Shown piece by piece: positions 28,158 through 42,214 of a stretch of 64,000 nucleotides of DNA (positions are counted from its first letter, which is position 1; every line of letters begins with the position of its first letter). Made by a program: the position numbers and the translations under genes. Below the pieces are notes generated by a model. The model was not told where the DNA came from, searched no databases, and saw nothing but the letters and a program-made list of their open reading frames with translations. The stretch comes from Lama guanicoe (lineage: Eukaryota): contig MU056000.1 in assembly GCA_013239625.1 (NCBI GenBank), positions 14,471,787 to 14,535,786 of the forward strand. Reading direction: 5' to 3'.

Positions 28158-29030
28158 TACACTTCCATGTACCCAGTGTTTCAAGCTAAAAATCTAGGAG
28201 CCATCATTTCTCTTTTTCTGTTCCTCTCCTGGTGTCTGCTGGCTTCATACCCAAGCTCTATCTTAACTCCAAGCAGTGTTATCCTTTGCCATTGCTGCCA
28301 GTTCAAACTTCTATCATCATTAGCAGTAGCCTCTTAATTGTCTTCCTAAACCCAAAATTAATTATTCTACCTCAATTCCATTCTCCAGGCATCAGTCAAC
28401 AGTTTTCTAAAAGTAAAAAACAAACAAACAAAAAAACCCACAACATTTTATTCCATTGCTTTTTTACTTGGTATTTTGCTTAATACCTTCGAGTCTTGAA
28501 ATGCTATCCTGAGTCACAACATAAAACTCAAACTTTATGGAGGATCTATCTACCCAGTCCCATATGATCTGCCTCTTGTCAGACACTAACTCACTGTATC
28601 ACACTCGACAAATTTCTGTTTCTCCAAAACGACATGCCAAGCTCCTCCCTATTCTGCAGATGGCACACTTGCTCTTGCCTGTGCTTGCAAACTTTATCCC
28701 CCAGATCTAATCTTTTCATAATTCCCATCTCAAGCAATTATCAGTACTTCACAGAAATGACTTCAATAACCAGGAACTCCATGTCATAGCTCCCTCTTGT
28801 TAGTTTGTTCATGTGGGTCCTTGCTCATGACTTCCCACTCTAAACAATGTCATAGTTTTTGGTCTGTTTAGTGCTTGCCTCTGCTCCTGACCAGAACGTA
28901 ATCTCCTTAGGTGCAGAACTTGTTGGGTTTGGTTTTATTGTTTGTTTTTGATACAAGTCTATTCCCAGAGCTAAGAATGGTGCTCACCATATATTAGGAT
29001 CTCAATATACATTTGCAGAATGAATAAATA
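28158..29030 (+). mobile_element. L2 LINE 3' region
   Basis: 'acccagtgtttcaagctaaaaatctaggagccatc', 'gcacacttgctcttgcctgtgcttgcaaac', terminal 'ctcaatatacatttgcagaatgaataaat'. Confidence 0.8.
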
Positions 29031-32000
29031 GCACATAGACAAGCATGGCAGACATGGCACAATTTAAATAGACTTTAGAACTGGGGACAGTGTCAATCTT
29101 GACTTTTCTTCTAACTAGCGGTGTGAATCTGGCAAGACACACAAACTCTCTAGTGATTTAGTTTTGTTTTCAATGAAATTAAGTCGTTGAGTTAGACATT
29201 TTCTAGATTAATACAGTTTTAATATACTGAGGGCCCTTTTGTTTTTCTTTTGAAAATTGCTTCTTTCTTTACTTCTAGGATTCAATTTTTATCTGATTGG
29301 AAACTTAAAAATTTCTGCAAATGACCTCACTGAGGTAGGAAGTGACTAAAAAAGGTAGAAAATATTGATGGTAAGAAACAACTTTAAATAGCTATTTAAT
29401 TTTTCTTATCACACTACAGCTAAGTGATTATGACACTGTAGTTGTAAATCTATATGGCAATATCACAGTATTCAGATTTTGTCAATGCTGCCAAGTGTTG
29501 TCTCCTTAAAAAACAAATTTTATATTATTTAATACGTAACTACTTTAATCTAATGAATAATGTGGTGATAATTTGAAGGAGTTCCTCCTCTGAATAGAAG
29601 CTGTCAAGTTTATTAAATTTGAATTAATTGGAAATTCCTTGGCTTTGTAATGAGATAAGGCACTAATTAGAGCTTTCCATTTAACCAGGAAATTTTGACC
29701 TTGGAGAAGAGAGGAGAGAAGAGAAAGGAGATGATAGAAAAGAAATATGATAGCAGACAGAGAGAGAAAGAGAGAGGCATTGACCACATTTCATTTGTTT
29801 TTTAATTTTTTTTTGCATTTCATTTTTATTATATATTTGTGCTTTGCTTTAAAGAGAACATTTAAACAAGTTTTATGATTTTCTGTATTTCCACTGCTGG
29901 ATAATTTGCACACTGAGTTTTTTTTTTTTTCCTCCTATTAAAGATTTTGATGAACCCTTTTCTTTTACGAATGGTAAAGAGTTTTTATTTTAAAAAAAAG
30001 AGAATATCCTACAGAGATATCAGGATGCAGTCACCTATTTAATAAAAAGTAGTTACACCAATGTTTAGAGAGCCAAAGTAATTTTCTATTAACAGTAGAT
30101 AATACAACAAATTGTTAACCACCTTACATTTGTTTCTGGTCTGTACTGTCCTAAATCAATTCAATTGTTTTGTTTTTGCTTTTAGAATTTCATCATCCTT
30201 TCCTGAGATGCATGTAAATCATGCAATAAATGTCCAGGAACATCTTTAAATTTCAGCAAATGTCAGAGTAGAATAAATTCTAAATGAAGCCCCAAGTCCT
30301 TGCTAACAGCTGTGGAAAGAAGCATTTATTTAAATGCGATTTCCTACTCCTTGACTTGAAAGTACAATTGAGATTCCAAAATAAAGACCCCTCAAAATCA
30401 GTATTTTTACATTAGAGGATAAATATTTTGATTGTTTCTCTATCTTAAAAAGACATTTTATGCTTCTATGTTTTGGCTTCTAAAAAGGGACAATTTAACA
30501 GTATATACTCCACAGGTGTGTGTTAAACATACTTGTGCTGTTACAACTATCCATGGATTCAAAATGAACAATGAACTTCACAAATTAAGTTCAATATATG
30601 CTATCATGCATATTCAAAATGGTATCTTGGATGAAAACACATTTTACTTACACTAAGATATCTAGTTGGATTGATCAGCTGAGCTATGTAGCTGATAATC
30701 ATACAGCTGCTCGCAAATGTACACATCTTCCCGTAAGGGTGGTGGGAACCACAGCAAGTCTCCAGGGTAGTCGTTCAGAAAATGTTCTCAGAGTTTCTAG
30801 TCCTATTCAACATTCTACCTAACAATAAAACCAAATTACACTCGCGTTAAAATAATTTTGGCAAATGCTGCATGGTGTATTCTCTGCTTGGACCTTAAAA
30901 TGCAAAGTAGTTTAATAAAGACTCTGAAAGTCTCGTAGTCGTGCAAACTATTTCGTTTTTAACCCACAACTTTCACAAGTTTATCGACCATGGAGGTGCT
31001 ATCATTGTTGGAGTTATTGTTTTGTTTGATTTCCTTTATTTGGTAACATCCATTAGCACCTGGTGGAATAGAAATGGGCCTCTGGGAAACACTGATCTAG
31101 CTTTACGTGAGGAAATGGAAAATTCAAGCTTACTAAGCCTAAACGAGTGTAATATCAGAAAGAGAAGTTGTAGGGTCTTCATTTTTCGTATTTTTTTTTT
31201 TGGTCTTTGTCCTTTGTTATTCTATTAAAATGAAAATTTATTTAAAATCTCCCCACACAACCACTGACACTTCTTCATCCAAGTCTGAATAAGCCGACCA
31301 TTGCCCAAGGGTCCCAAGCAAGAATGTAAAGCAGTAAAATGTATCTAAAATGCCTATCTACCCTCAGGCTTTCTGCCTGTTTCCTCCGAGTCTGCCTATC
31401 CACACGCAGCCCAGGACCCCTTGGGAAACTGCAGGTCTTTAAGCTTCTCCGCTTGTAGTATCACCCACCACACATTCTAGACCTCGCTCTACCTGTTTAT
31501 CTCATGAAAACTCACCTGCTCTGTTGCATTACTTCCTCACAATCCTGTTATGTTTTTCTGATTTCTAGCTATCTTATTTACTTTGTTCTTTAATAAGGTA
31601 CATAGTACTTATCTTGCCATTCCTCTGCTAGAGATGCTTTAATTATTTCTTTTTTCCTGGAAGAAGTACCTATATCTTAACCTGAAACTTGAAGGCCTCC
31701 ATACTTTACCAAGGTTTTACTATTTGAATTTAGGGGATTGATGATCAATTTAAAACCAAAGTCCAACTCTTCCCAACACACTTGCGTTTTTCCCTTGCAT
31801 CTTTGTTGATTCAATTTCAATTTCGCATTTGCTTCATAGACACTATCTACACCCCAGGACTCAGTGCAAATGTTGGCTCCTACCCAGGCTTCCCTGTACT
31901 TATCACTTTGCTTCCAGAACCTACCTACATTTGCTCTATTTTTATCTATTTTTGTATTTCTCTGTGAATAAATAAAAGCTAATATATTGTTTTTCCCAGG

Positions 32001-34700
32001 TGTATTTGCATTTTTAGGGACTTTGAATTGCCTAAAGATAAAATACCATAATCTTAATGATAAACTCTTACATGGTCACCAAAGAGGAGTAGGTAGGGGT
32101 ACAATTTGAGGTCTGTGTAACTACCCAGCAGCTCTCAGATGCCCACCCAAATTTGTCTATACACATAACTTTCTCAAAGTGGCCTACAAAATTGCATATC
32201 CACTTTTGTAACATAGAAACTTTATATGGTGCTGTGAAAAAAAAAAACGTTATATGGGGAAAAAAGTTAAAGACTAATGATTGGGAGTACTGTCAACATA
32301 TGGATGTCTCTCTGCTGGTTTGATGCTCTCATCACTTATTCTACATTTTGTTTACACATTTTAATTAACCTTGAAAAAGACATAACAAACCTGGACTTCT
32401 GATAAACGTCTGTATGATTGTTCTAGTCTAATTCCAAAGGCACTTACCAGTAATTAATTGTAGTAAATATACTAGGACTCTACAGAGACAGAACCTCTTT
32501 GTTATTGCGACTTGTGCCATATTAATGTTGTCCCCACCTTGCTGGTGGTGGTATTCCACAGTATCTTTGTGTTGGTTTTGCTCTTGCATCAAGATCTAAA
32601 TGTGCTTGTTGGTAGTGAGTGTTGATGAAGAAAGGTACATTTAATAATCATAAAATAAAATCAACAGCCAAGCAGACTTTAAATTTTTTTGTCCTCTTTG
32701 ACCTATGGACATTTTTCTTAGATAGACCTTGGTTTTCTCAAAGTATAAGTCACAAAATAAGGTCATTTCTGTGCTCTCATATAGAAAGTACTATATCGTA
32801 CGTTTCTGGGGTGAGCCAAAAAAAGTGACTGTGCATAAACGTAACAGAGACAAATTGCACAGTCAGAAACCTGAAGTACGAAACCTAAAACTCTGTTTCC
32901 TTAACAGAATCTAATTTTCTTTCTAGAGTCCCATTTCTGGTTGATAGAGGAAAACTTAATGTTGCTATTTTATGATATTCTAGTCACTCTCACTTCAAAA
33001 TGGTTTCAGTCAGATAAATATTCAGTCAACTTCAAGCATCTTTAGCCCACCTGCTATGCACAGATTTCTCCCAATGCTTCTCTCTTCTCTGAAGTCATTT
33101 CTGGTCTAACATGCTTGCTAGGGAGCAAAGGGGCAGGATGCCTAACCCTGCCTTTCAGAGGGTGTGTCCTGTGTCTCTGCTGCAGACACCTCTCATCTCT
33201 GACCCTATGATGCTGGCTCTTTTCCCGCCTCCCTTCAGCAGTGCAGGCAGGCGGCACTGGTGGCTGGTGCTCTGCACAGCCGTGGAGGAGATCTCTGCCC
33301 CCTGACAAGCATCTTGGAGCTGTCTGGGGTGATGCATAGGAAGCCAGCTGAGGCTTACTCTCAACCTGTGGAACCACTGATTCTTATTCCAGGCTGATAG
33401 GTTCTCTTTTTTCATTGCCCTCCTCTTTGCCTGGCTTCCTCTTTTGCCCTGGAAATGTCAAGCACATTCTCCAGCTTCTATAGCTCAACATACTCCGCAA
33501 GTGGGCGTTAATCCTTTATGCTTAGAATCACATTCTGATGTTAAAGCAAGATTTTCCCTGGAGCCTTCTCCAACTCCGAGACAGGGAGGAGGGAACTGTG
33601 CTTGGGTTTATCAACGGCCTCCTGGAACACAGTTCCCGAAACTTCCTTCTTCTGCAGGCTCAAAATCCCTTTGATCTCTTGCCATTGTCTATTTCCTTTC
33701 AGATTCTGCATGGAATTAATTGGTCTGACACTAGCGACAGGGTGACATTTGGGATGCGATGTCTTTGTTCTCAGCAATAAGTTGCCTCCAGCTACACACT
33801 CCCTTTTAGCTTGGGGCAAACGAAAAGAAAAAAAAAAAAAGCAGAAACTCAGGAAGAAAGGAAACCTCCCCTCAGATCCTCAGATAGAAATTTCATCCCA
33901 CTATAGCAAAATGGCCTTGATTGTTATAGAAAAAAAGTCCAATTCTGTCTCCTGTGGTGTTTCTGTGATTATTAAAACTGACTTTCCGAATTTCCTTCCT
34001 CTTGTAAACTGTTGTTCCTATCTTCCCTTCCCACTCACTGCTTCCTCTTTCCTTTTTCTCTCTTTCCCTATTTTCTTTCCTTTCTATCTTTTTCTTTAGA
34101 TGTGTTATTGAGAAAATCATGGATATGGTCTCCTGTGAATCTAGAAGAAGTAAAGAAAAGAAAGAAGATGGTTGCACTCTAACTCATTAATCATAGCTTA
34201 ATGAAGACCCAAAGATGATTTCCTTATAATTAAGCAACAACAGTTCACAGTCCTCTTCCCATCTCCTCAACATGGTTAAAAACAAAATTCCTGTTTCCAT
34301 AAATTTACCCAAAGCCTATTCTTTTCATATATCTATTTTCAAGATTTACCTGACATATATTCCAGATTTATTTTACTTTGGCATAGAAATGTGGTGATTT
34401 ATGAGGAAGTCTCTGTGGTTCTGGGCTTTAGCTGGGAAGAAGCATGAACAAAAGTTCCCATGACTGAACGCCACTTTATGCAGGAAGATGAAAGAGAAGA
34501 AATCTAACATAACTGACAAAATGGCTTCCCTGATGCTAAGGCTGTTTGCTGCTGTTTGCTGATTGATTTTGACACATCTTGTTTTTCTTTTTGTTTACTC
34601 GCTCAATTGCTTTGCTAAAATAGCCCCCAACCTTCCCTATACATTCTTTAATCCAGAAGCTGTTTTCCACAAAGAAAATCACAGATTGATGACCTCAGAA

Positions 34701-35135
34701 TGAGATGGGGAGGGGGCAGGGCACAGCCATTCAAGGAATGATACAGCAATGAACATCAAAATGGTGGAAGATTCAACCCCCAGTCGGCCTTGAGGCTCAA
34801 GATGGTGAGAGATTTGACTTCTAGCAGATCTTGAGCTTCACTATATGCCCATTGCAATATATTAACATGGTGAACAACATGCCCACAGGCACCATGACAG
34901 TCCCAAGGCTAGCCACAAAAGGTCAAAGAGTGGGAAACGGCCAACTTCCTGGGAATCTCAGCCCCTTCCCCAGGATAGTTAGACTGGTCCTTCCACTTAT
35001 CAGCATTTGAAGCCACCAAGCCTGTAAAGACTGGCTCACTGCCCTCTCTCCCTCCCTCTTTGGAGATGGCCCACACTCTGTCTATAGTCTGTACCTACTT
35101 TTAATCTGAACACCACACCACCCCTACACTCTCAT
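34701..35135 (+). mobile_element. MER41-like ERV1 LTR (3'-truncated)
   Basis: Starts 'tgagatgggg'; core 'cccacaggcaccatgacagt...aaaaggtcaaagagtggg...ttcctgggaatctcagccccttcccc' parallels the recalled MER41 core 'cccaccagcgccatgacagttt...ttccgggaattgcccgcccctttcc'; no clear polyA signal/U5 or TSD, runs into a MIR 3' part. Confidence 0.75.
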
Positions 35136-35222
35136 TGTGTTATCACCAGGATTAAATGGAATTGCCTATATACAGTGTTAAGCTGTGCCTGGCACAAAAA
35201 CGCTCAACCAATTCCAACTATT
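35136..35222 (+). mobile_element. MIR 3' fragment
   Basis: 'aggattaaatggaatt...gtgttaagctgtgcctggcaca...cgctcaa'. Confidence 0.6.
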
Positions 35223-37289
35223 TTAAACAAGACTCCCTTGTAAAATTATTACAAGATTTTGTTTTTGCAAGTTATTAATTAGAGATGCTGAACAGAGAAC
35301 AAGGCAAAAAAAATAATTCTTCAAAGAACACAGTGAATTGACAAAAAATAGCTTGACAGAGAAATTCTAACTGCTCTGTTTTGGTTTTCAACACTTTGAA
35401 ATTACAGTTTCATGAACAAGTATGTTATGCTAACGACCTAAAGTAAATAGAATAATCAAAATAATTTGCAAGACATTTCCTCGTGACTTTGATTCCTTTT
35501 GTAACACTGCATGTCAAAACATAAAAATAAACCCTTCTTTTAAATGATACAAAATGTAGATGGAATATGCTTTGGTGCAACAGGAGTATGTTACTAATGG
35601 AATAGGGTCAAAAAGAAAAGCTGGTTGAAGTGATGTGATATGACACTGATGATCTTGGTCGTACAAGCTGTGTTCAAGCTCAGATGTGAGTAAGTACTTA
35701 AAGGTAATTCACGTGGTGAATGAAAGGATCAGGCACTTGAAAACAAGCCAATCATGGGGGGAAATTAACATATTTTCAGACTAGCTGCAATCACTGAGAT
35801 GACATATCTTAAATCCTGTATTTGTTCACTGGAATAGAGCTTAGCTGTAGGGCCTGTTATGAATATACTAATATTAGACAGGCCCCCGGTCTGTAGACAT
35901 AAAGATTATGTGAAACGATGCTATTTGTGAGCGCAATTTCAAGATTGATTTCTCCTTTTAGTCCTTAACTTGGGTCCTTCATTTATAATTCATGTGAATG
36001 GTACAGCATTTGCCTTTAAGAGACAATATTATACATTTTTAAAATCAAGTGATTCCATTCTGTTTCACGAGAATGAACTTGGCATTGAACAGTACACAAG
36101 CTGCTTTTATCCCAAGTCGTGTTTTGCTTATTTATGTGCTTGAAATTCAGTACAGAACACAGATGGTAAGATAATTCTTCCAACTCAGTTTAAAGGAAAA
36201 AAAAACATCACACCTAACTGACCACATTCTCACCCTTTGTCTTTTTGATATCCATGATACCCAGAGAGAAATCCTTTTTTTTTTCCCAAAATCTAGTAGC
36301 TACCATAGCAACAGACAAACTTAGTTCTTTTGCATTTATGTATTTAAAATGTCTCCTATATTTTCTCCTCTAAGTCCTATAGTAAGTAACTGCTGTTCTA
36401 AACACTTTCTGTTGTAATTGTTTGCAAACACTGGAAACTATATAGGAAATATATAACACAGATATGAAAAATTCATGTTTCTTTTCAGGATATCCACAGT
36501 CCTGGAGCTCAATATCTTGACTCACTTGAACATTTATAATAGAAAGTTTTATGGAAATGCTTATATGGCTAAACTTATGGAAAGTAGGTCCATTAAATCT
36601 ATCAGAGCAATATGCTAATAAGGTGGCAACACTAGCCTAGTTCAGGCCTATGGGTTTTGCGGGGGCCATCGTTCCACCACTAACAAAGTCATGTTTAAAG
36701 TCAACTAGCTACTCCCCAAATAAATGATATCAATTTAAAAGAAGAAATCAAGCCTGTCACCCCTCAAGGTAGAAGAGAATGGATCCGTTCAACTCTGAGT
36801 TGCATTTGTGAATTTTACAAATTCAGGAGGCACATTCAAATCTTCTCTGAAGCCTGAGCAACTCATTCATAGGGGGAAAAAAAATTGTGAAAGTCTTTTA
36901 AATGAACCAAAAATATTACCGAAGGTTTCCAACAGAAAACTAGTCATTATGTAGCACAGTCTTCCAATGATCTGATGCTACTGGTGATGGTTGGGGGTGA
37001 TAACTCTATGATGTTCATAGTCCAAATATACATAAAGTCTGTCTGGTGGATGATCAATCTGCCACCAAAAAAGGGCAGTATAGCTGACACAAAGCCAAAC
37101 AAACAGATAAAGACAACTTAGCATCTTTGAATACATTTATTTCAGCTTTCTTTATCTGCGTACGTAAAAAGCCTTGAATACCCTTTGAACCAGTTATAAC
37201 ATTTTAAGTGAAATAAATCTTCAGCTTGTAATTATTTTATACGTATATGAGAATCAGCATCTCATTCTAAAAACTCTATCTTTTCACAA

Positions 37290-37400
37290 CTACTGAGCCC
37301 GAGCTTCCTCTATCTTTAATTTGGGAATAATAACACCTACCTCATCGTGTTCAGAGAACTGAATGCTTACAAGGCATCAACAGTTTCTAGTTCCCTGTTG
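37290..37400 (+). mobile_element. MIR core fragment
   Basis: 'ctgagcccgagcttcctc...gggaataataacacctacctcat'. Confidence 0.6.
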
Positions 37401-37519
37401 GCTGTCACCAGATATTAAAAAAAAAAAATGGTAAGTAATGTATTTCTTCTCTTTGATGAATGCTCTTATTCTGTTTTCTTTCTCCGTTAATTCAGTCTTT
37501 AAGAGTCTTCCCCTGGGTG

Positions 37520-38392
37520 GCCATCCTGGTCACCTCCTAGAATTGAATCCTTCCATTCCCTTGGTTTCTATTATAAGCTTATATCACAATAACTTATTCA
37601 GGTATCTGTCTTCTCTAGGATATTACATCCCACTTTAGGACAGGCATAAGGCAATGTCTCATTTTTATTTTTATTTGATTCATAGTTGATTCACAATCTG
37701 TCATGTCTTAGATGTTCAATAAATGGATCATAAAACAGCAGCAAATAACAATCAGAGCAAAGCAAGTACGTCTTCCCCTCTCCCTTTATCCATCACAACC
37801 ACACGCCCCTCTGCTTTCTTAGGAACCTTTACACTATCGCGTTTACCTTCCCTCTCTTTTACCTCTGCTCCATTAGATCACTTACTTCAACATTTAAAAA
37901 TGTTTGTCTTTTCCATCCTAAAAAAAAAAATCACCTTTCTTAGGATTCAACTGCACTTCCTCAAGGAAATATGCAGCTCCTTCCTCCTTTTTTAACAACC
38001 AATGTTCTCTACTCTTGTCCACATTTTCTATTCACTTGCATTTTACACCTTTGGCAATCCAGTTTCTGCTCCCAACAACACAGTTATTGCAAAGCCACCT
38101 ATAAATTCTAGATTGGTCCTCCTTTTAGTGGGGTTGCCAGCAGCATCCAGCCCTGCTGAAAATGGGAGACACCATTCTCTCTTGGCTCCTGAATGCTATT
38201 CTCGGGGATTTCCTCCTCTTTCACTAAGAAGCTCTTCTTAATCTTCAGTGCTTGTGCATTAGTCTCCACCCATCTTTGAAATGAAATGCTCAGGCACATT
38301 CCTAAGCCCTTGTCACTAACCTCCAAATTATGTTCTTCTTAGATGTTCTCACTCGGAGTCATAGCTTCAACTACCATGTGCCATCTCATCTA
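37520..38392 (+). mobile_element. L2 fragments
   Basis: 3' end 'cttagatgttcaataaatg' near 37720; internal 'gcaatccagtttctgctcccaacaac', 'catagcttcaactaccat'. Confidence 0.6.
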
Positions 38393-38395
38393 AGT

Positions 38396-38563
38396 CACAG
38401 GTTCTCAATGTTAGCAACACATTCAAATCATTTGGGATGTCTTTATAGCATACTTATATAGGGTCCCTTTAAGTCCAAGTACATGTATATATTCTAAGGG
38501 CATCTATATTTGTATAAAGGACTCCAAATGATACTAATATGCAAACAGATTTGAGAATTCCTA
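38396..38563. mobile_element. MER5-type MITE
   Basis: 'ggttctcaatgttagcaacacattcaaatcatttgggatg...actccaaatgatactaatatgcaaacagatttgagaa'. Confidence 0.65.
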
Positions 38564-41500
38564 TTGTAGGTGATCATTAATTCTGAAGGCTTGAGTTATC
38601 ATTTATATATTAAAGAATCCCACATGTCATTTCTCAATTAGATTACCCCAGTGATTTTACATTTATTCTTGTATATCACACTCAATTCTCCAAATCCAAA
38701 CTAAACTTTAGCTGTGGTAGCAATGAGGGCTATATAATTAGAGAAAAAAAATTCTGAATGAATCAAATCATTTTATGATGCAAACAAATAAGTTTCATAG
38801 AGTAAAAACACGTTTTCATTATTTGGGTTTTGAAGTTGAACATAAAAGTATGTTACTGTTAAAAACTGCTTCAACAAATTAGTTATTTCTCTCTGTATAT
38901 GAGTATCTGGAACAATGGATGAGCTAATGTAATTTGACCCATATTGACAACACTACATCAAGTGGGTTGTGAACTGGACAGTCAGTTATATATATATGAA
39001 TTATATCTGCAGATGTGTAGCTATAGGTTCCTTTTAACTTAGAATTCAGCGAGCTATGAATATGCATGATGTGCTCATATTTTTGGTAAAGATAGGTCAT
39101 ATTAGACAGATTTTTGAGCTATCAAGAACTAACAATATCAGCGATTTCCTCTAACCTCAAAATCACGTTTATCCGTACAAACATAACAGCTATACTAACC
39201 ACTCCTCCCATAAGAAAGAAGCTAGTAGCTCAAAAACATTCCTGAGGGCTTCAGTGAGGATTTGCAAATGCACTGAGCCTTGACTAATGCATGCCAGTGA
39301 GACACTGAATGCAAAGGGTTCTGTGGCAGGTACAGACTGGACGAACAAAGGCACACAAATTACAGATCACTATTGATCTATTTCTTTTGAAGTCATATTG
39401 AATTTTCGGCAGTTCCAATATCTGCATCTTTCAACCTATGAAAGTTTCTGTTTGATCAAACTACACATGTGGCCAAAATATAGAGAGAACATAAAATGGA
39501 ACAAGTGGTCCTGAATAAAACAAATACTCTTAAATATTCTGAAAAATAACCTGTAGGAAAAGATGCCGATAGAGAATAAACCTTGAATTCAGACAAGTAG
39601 TCAAGGATATTTCATAAAGCTAATGCATACCTATCTCAGACAGCATCTGCCTTTGAAGCCAGAGTGGATTCTGTATATTTCAGTGCAGTAATACCTGCCA
39701 AGAGCAATATTATTTCCTATAAATAGAAAACTTGCTACTAAAATCCAGGTACAAATAATAATGATTAAAAAAAGCTTTATCTTAGCAACTCTCAAATAAG
39801 AATTTAAAACAACATATAAATAGATCTTTTATCATAAAGTAAGTATGTTTTTTTGTTGTACTATATCAGAATTTATTACCTCTATAAAAATAAAATTATT
39901 ATGTTTTAAATGGTTGATTACATTAAATATCAGGTTTTTCCAATGGAGCTCTGTTGCTGAAGTAACTATCCTGGAAAGGACAATTAAATAACTAAAAGGG
40001 AAAATTTTCGAGAATTGTTGCTATATTTTAGAAGTAGAATTGGGTAATCAATTTATGAGTGAAATATTATTTTTTTACATGTTTCTCCACAGTTTGTTTC
40101 ACAAGAAAGTACTATTAATATTGGCATATCACAAAGCTTATGTTCTAAAAAGTGCATGTCAGGAAATTCTGTCCCGATGTTACAAACGTTTGGGCTACGG
40201 CTAAGATTGAGTGGAGATATGGAAAAGATAAAGGACAAAAAGTGTTTTTCTTTAACACTAGTCAACTCTGGGAGATTCGGTCACAGCCAGAATGAAGATC
40301 TGGATTTCTGGAATTTGAATAATCCTCCGGTTTACCTTCTTATGTGGATTAAAATAGGATCTACGCTGAGTTCCTTGTGTTATTTTCTTTTTACCTCCTC
40401 TTCCCTCTCTTCCTCCCTTCCTCTTTCATTCTCTCTCGCTCTTTTTATTCCAAGATTTCATTCAAGATTGTATAGAAAAAACAGAAAGAGATTTCACTTC
40501 TTGTCAAGGTTCTGACAATGATATGGTCGCCGAGTGACCTTTGTCAAGCCTTTCACCTCTTTGGGCCTATAAAGGTGCAAAATTGATTTTTTTGTTGTTT
40601 TGTTTTTTGAGAGGCCTAACATAGAGTCAACAATCCACAACACCTTTGGTTTTCTCCTTCTCCGTGCAGACTGGTGATTATGAAAAGCCCCGACTCTGAC
40701 TCTGACATTTCATCAGAGGTGCTGAGCAGATAGACAAGCAGGACTGCTGGAGGAGCTGGGGCTGAGTCCAACTGCCCCTCGTCTGAAGATCCTACATATC
40801 AGATTTTCTCAGTAACACGTTTAAAGATTTGATATCCTGGTACAGGCTCTTTGGTGCCCAAAGACATATTGTTTTCGTCTTGCTTCTCTCAAGAACACTC
40901 AAACTTGCCCTACAAAAATAAAAACGGGACAGGTCTCTCTGCAGGAAGAGAAGCTTGCAGAGTGTCCAGCCCTAGGAAGTTTGCAGTCATGCTGCAGATC
41001 AAACACTTACCTCCACCAGCGTCTAAAGAGTAGGAGTCACGGTTGTCTGCAAGCCCTTCGGCTCGCTCACAAGTTCTAGTTTGCCATGGATAAAGTTTGC
41101 TTTTGTTCAGATAAGCCCTTTAAGTGGCATCCTTATTATCTGAGTTTATTTCTAAATTGGATTATTTGATTTCAATCCAATAAATTTGACCTCAATTATT
41201 CCCAGAAACTATTATTTTTAAGTTAGAATATTTGACTTGGACTCTTCTTTAAAGGTTATCTATTTCTCCACATTTGGTCCTAATAACACTGGAAATGGCA
41301 AGACTTTTGATATATATATTTTTTTTTACTCTCCAAATTAACACAATCTCTTTCCATCTTCCTCTGCCTTTCACTGCTCCCACTATATCATCTACTTTGT
41401 CTTTTCACTGTCTCTAAATGGGTTTATTGATTTTTTGCTCTTTTTAGACTAAGTCTTTAGTGATAAGAATAGATATTTAAAATAACTCTTGTAGTGAAAG

Positions 41501-42214
41501 GTCATTCCTGGCAAAAACTTAAGTCTTTGCTTCCCTTTGACCATGGGGCCAATTATCTAAGAAAATAAGCCACCACCCAAATCGGCTCTACCACTACATA
41601 AAGGGTACAGAATTTAGCTCAAGACACACAATCATAAGAATACTGTTGTATGGGTACCCGTATAAGTGTATGGGACCAAAATACTATGTCTTTTCCATTT
41701 TTAAAGGTAACCTTTGTCTTGTTGATATTATAAACAATTTCATTATCCAATTCAAATGAAGCAAGTGAGATTTAAAAAAAAATGCATTTTAACAATTTAA
41801 CCAGCATCAACTGCACTGGTAGGATTGTATTGGTCTTAAAAACTGGCATCTGCTAGACTGTTGTGCAGCAATTTATACCCCTGGACCACAGAAAGGTCCA
41901 TGTCTATCTGGATTATCTTTTCTAGCTAAGCACGATCATTTCCAGAGGAATCACTTTATAAGGAAATCTAGAATGTAAAACTCATGGACATAAATAGTAT
42001 AAAAAAGTTAAAAATCGGAGTTTGAATAGAGATTGATTACTCCCTACTGGTGGTAGGAGCTGAGTGTGCCTTTAAGGAGAGAGAATTAGGATTGTTCTTG
42101 ATGAAAGGGGGTTTGGTCAAGTGAGTATGAGCTGAAGGTTGAGGAGGAAGTTGGTTATTCCTGTCACAGGGAACAATTCAATTGATAGAATTCTAATTAT
42201 TGATGAGCAACAAT

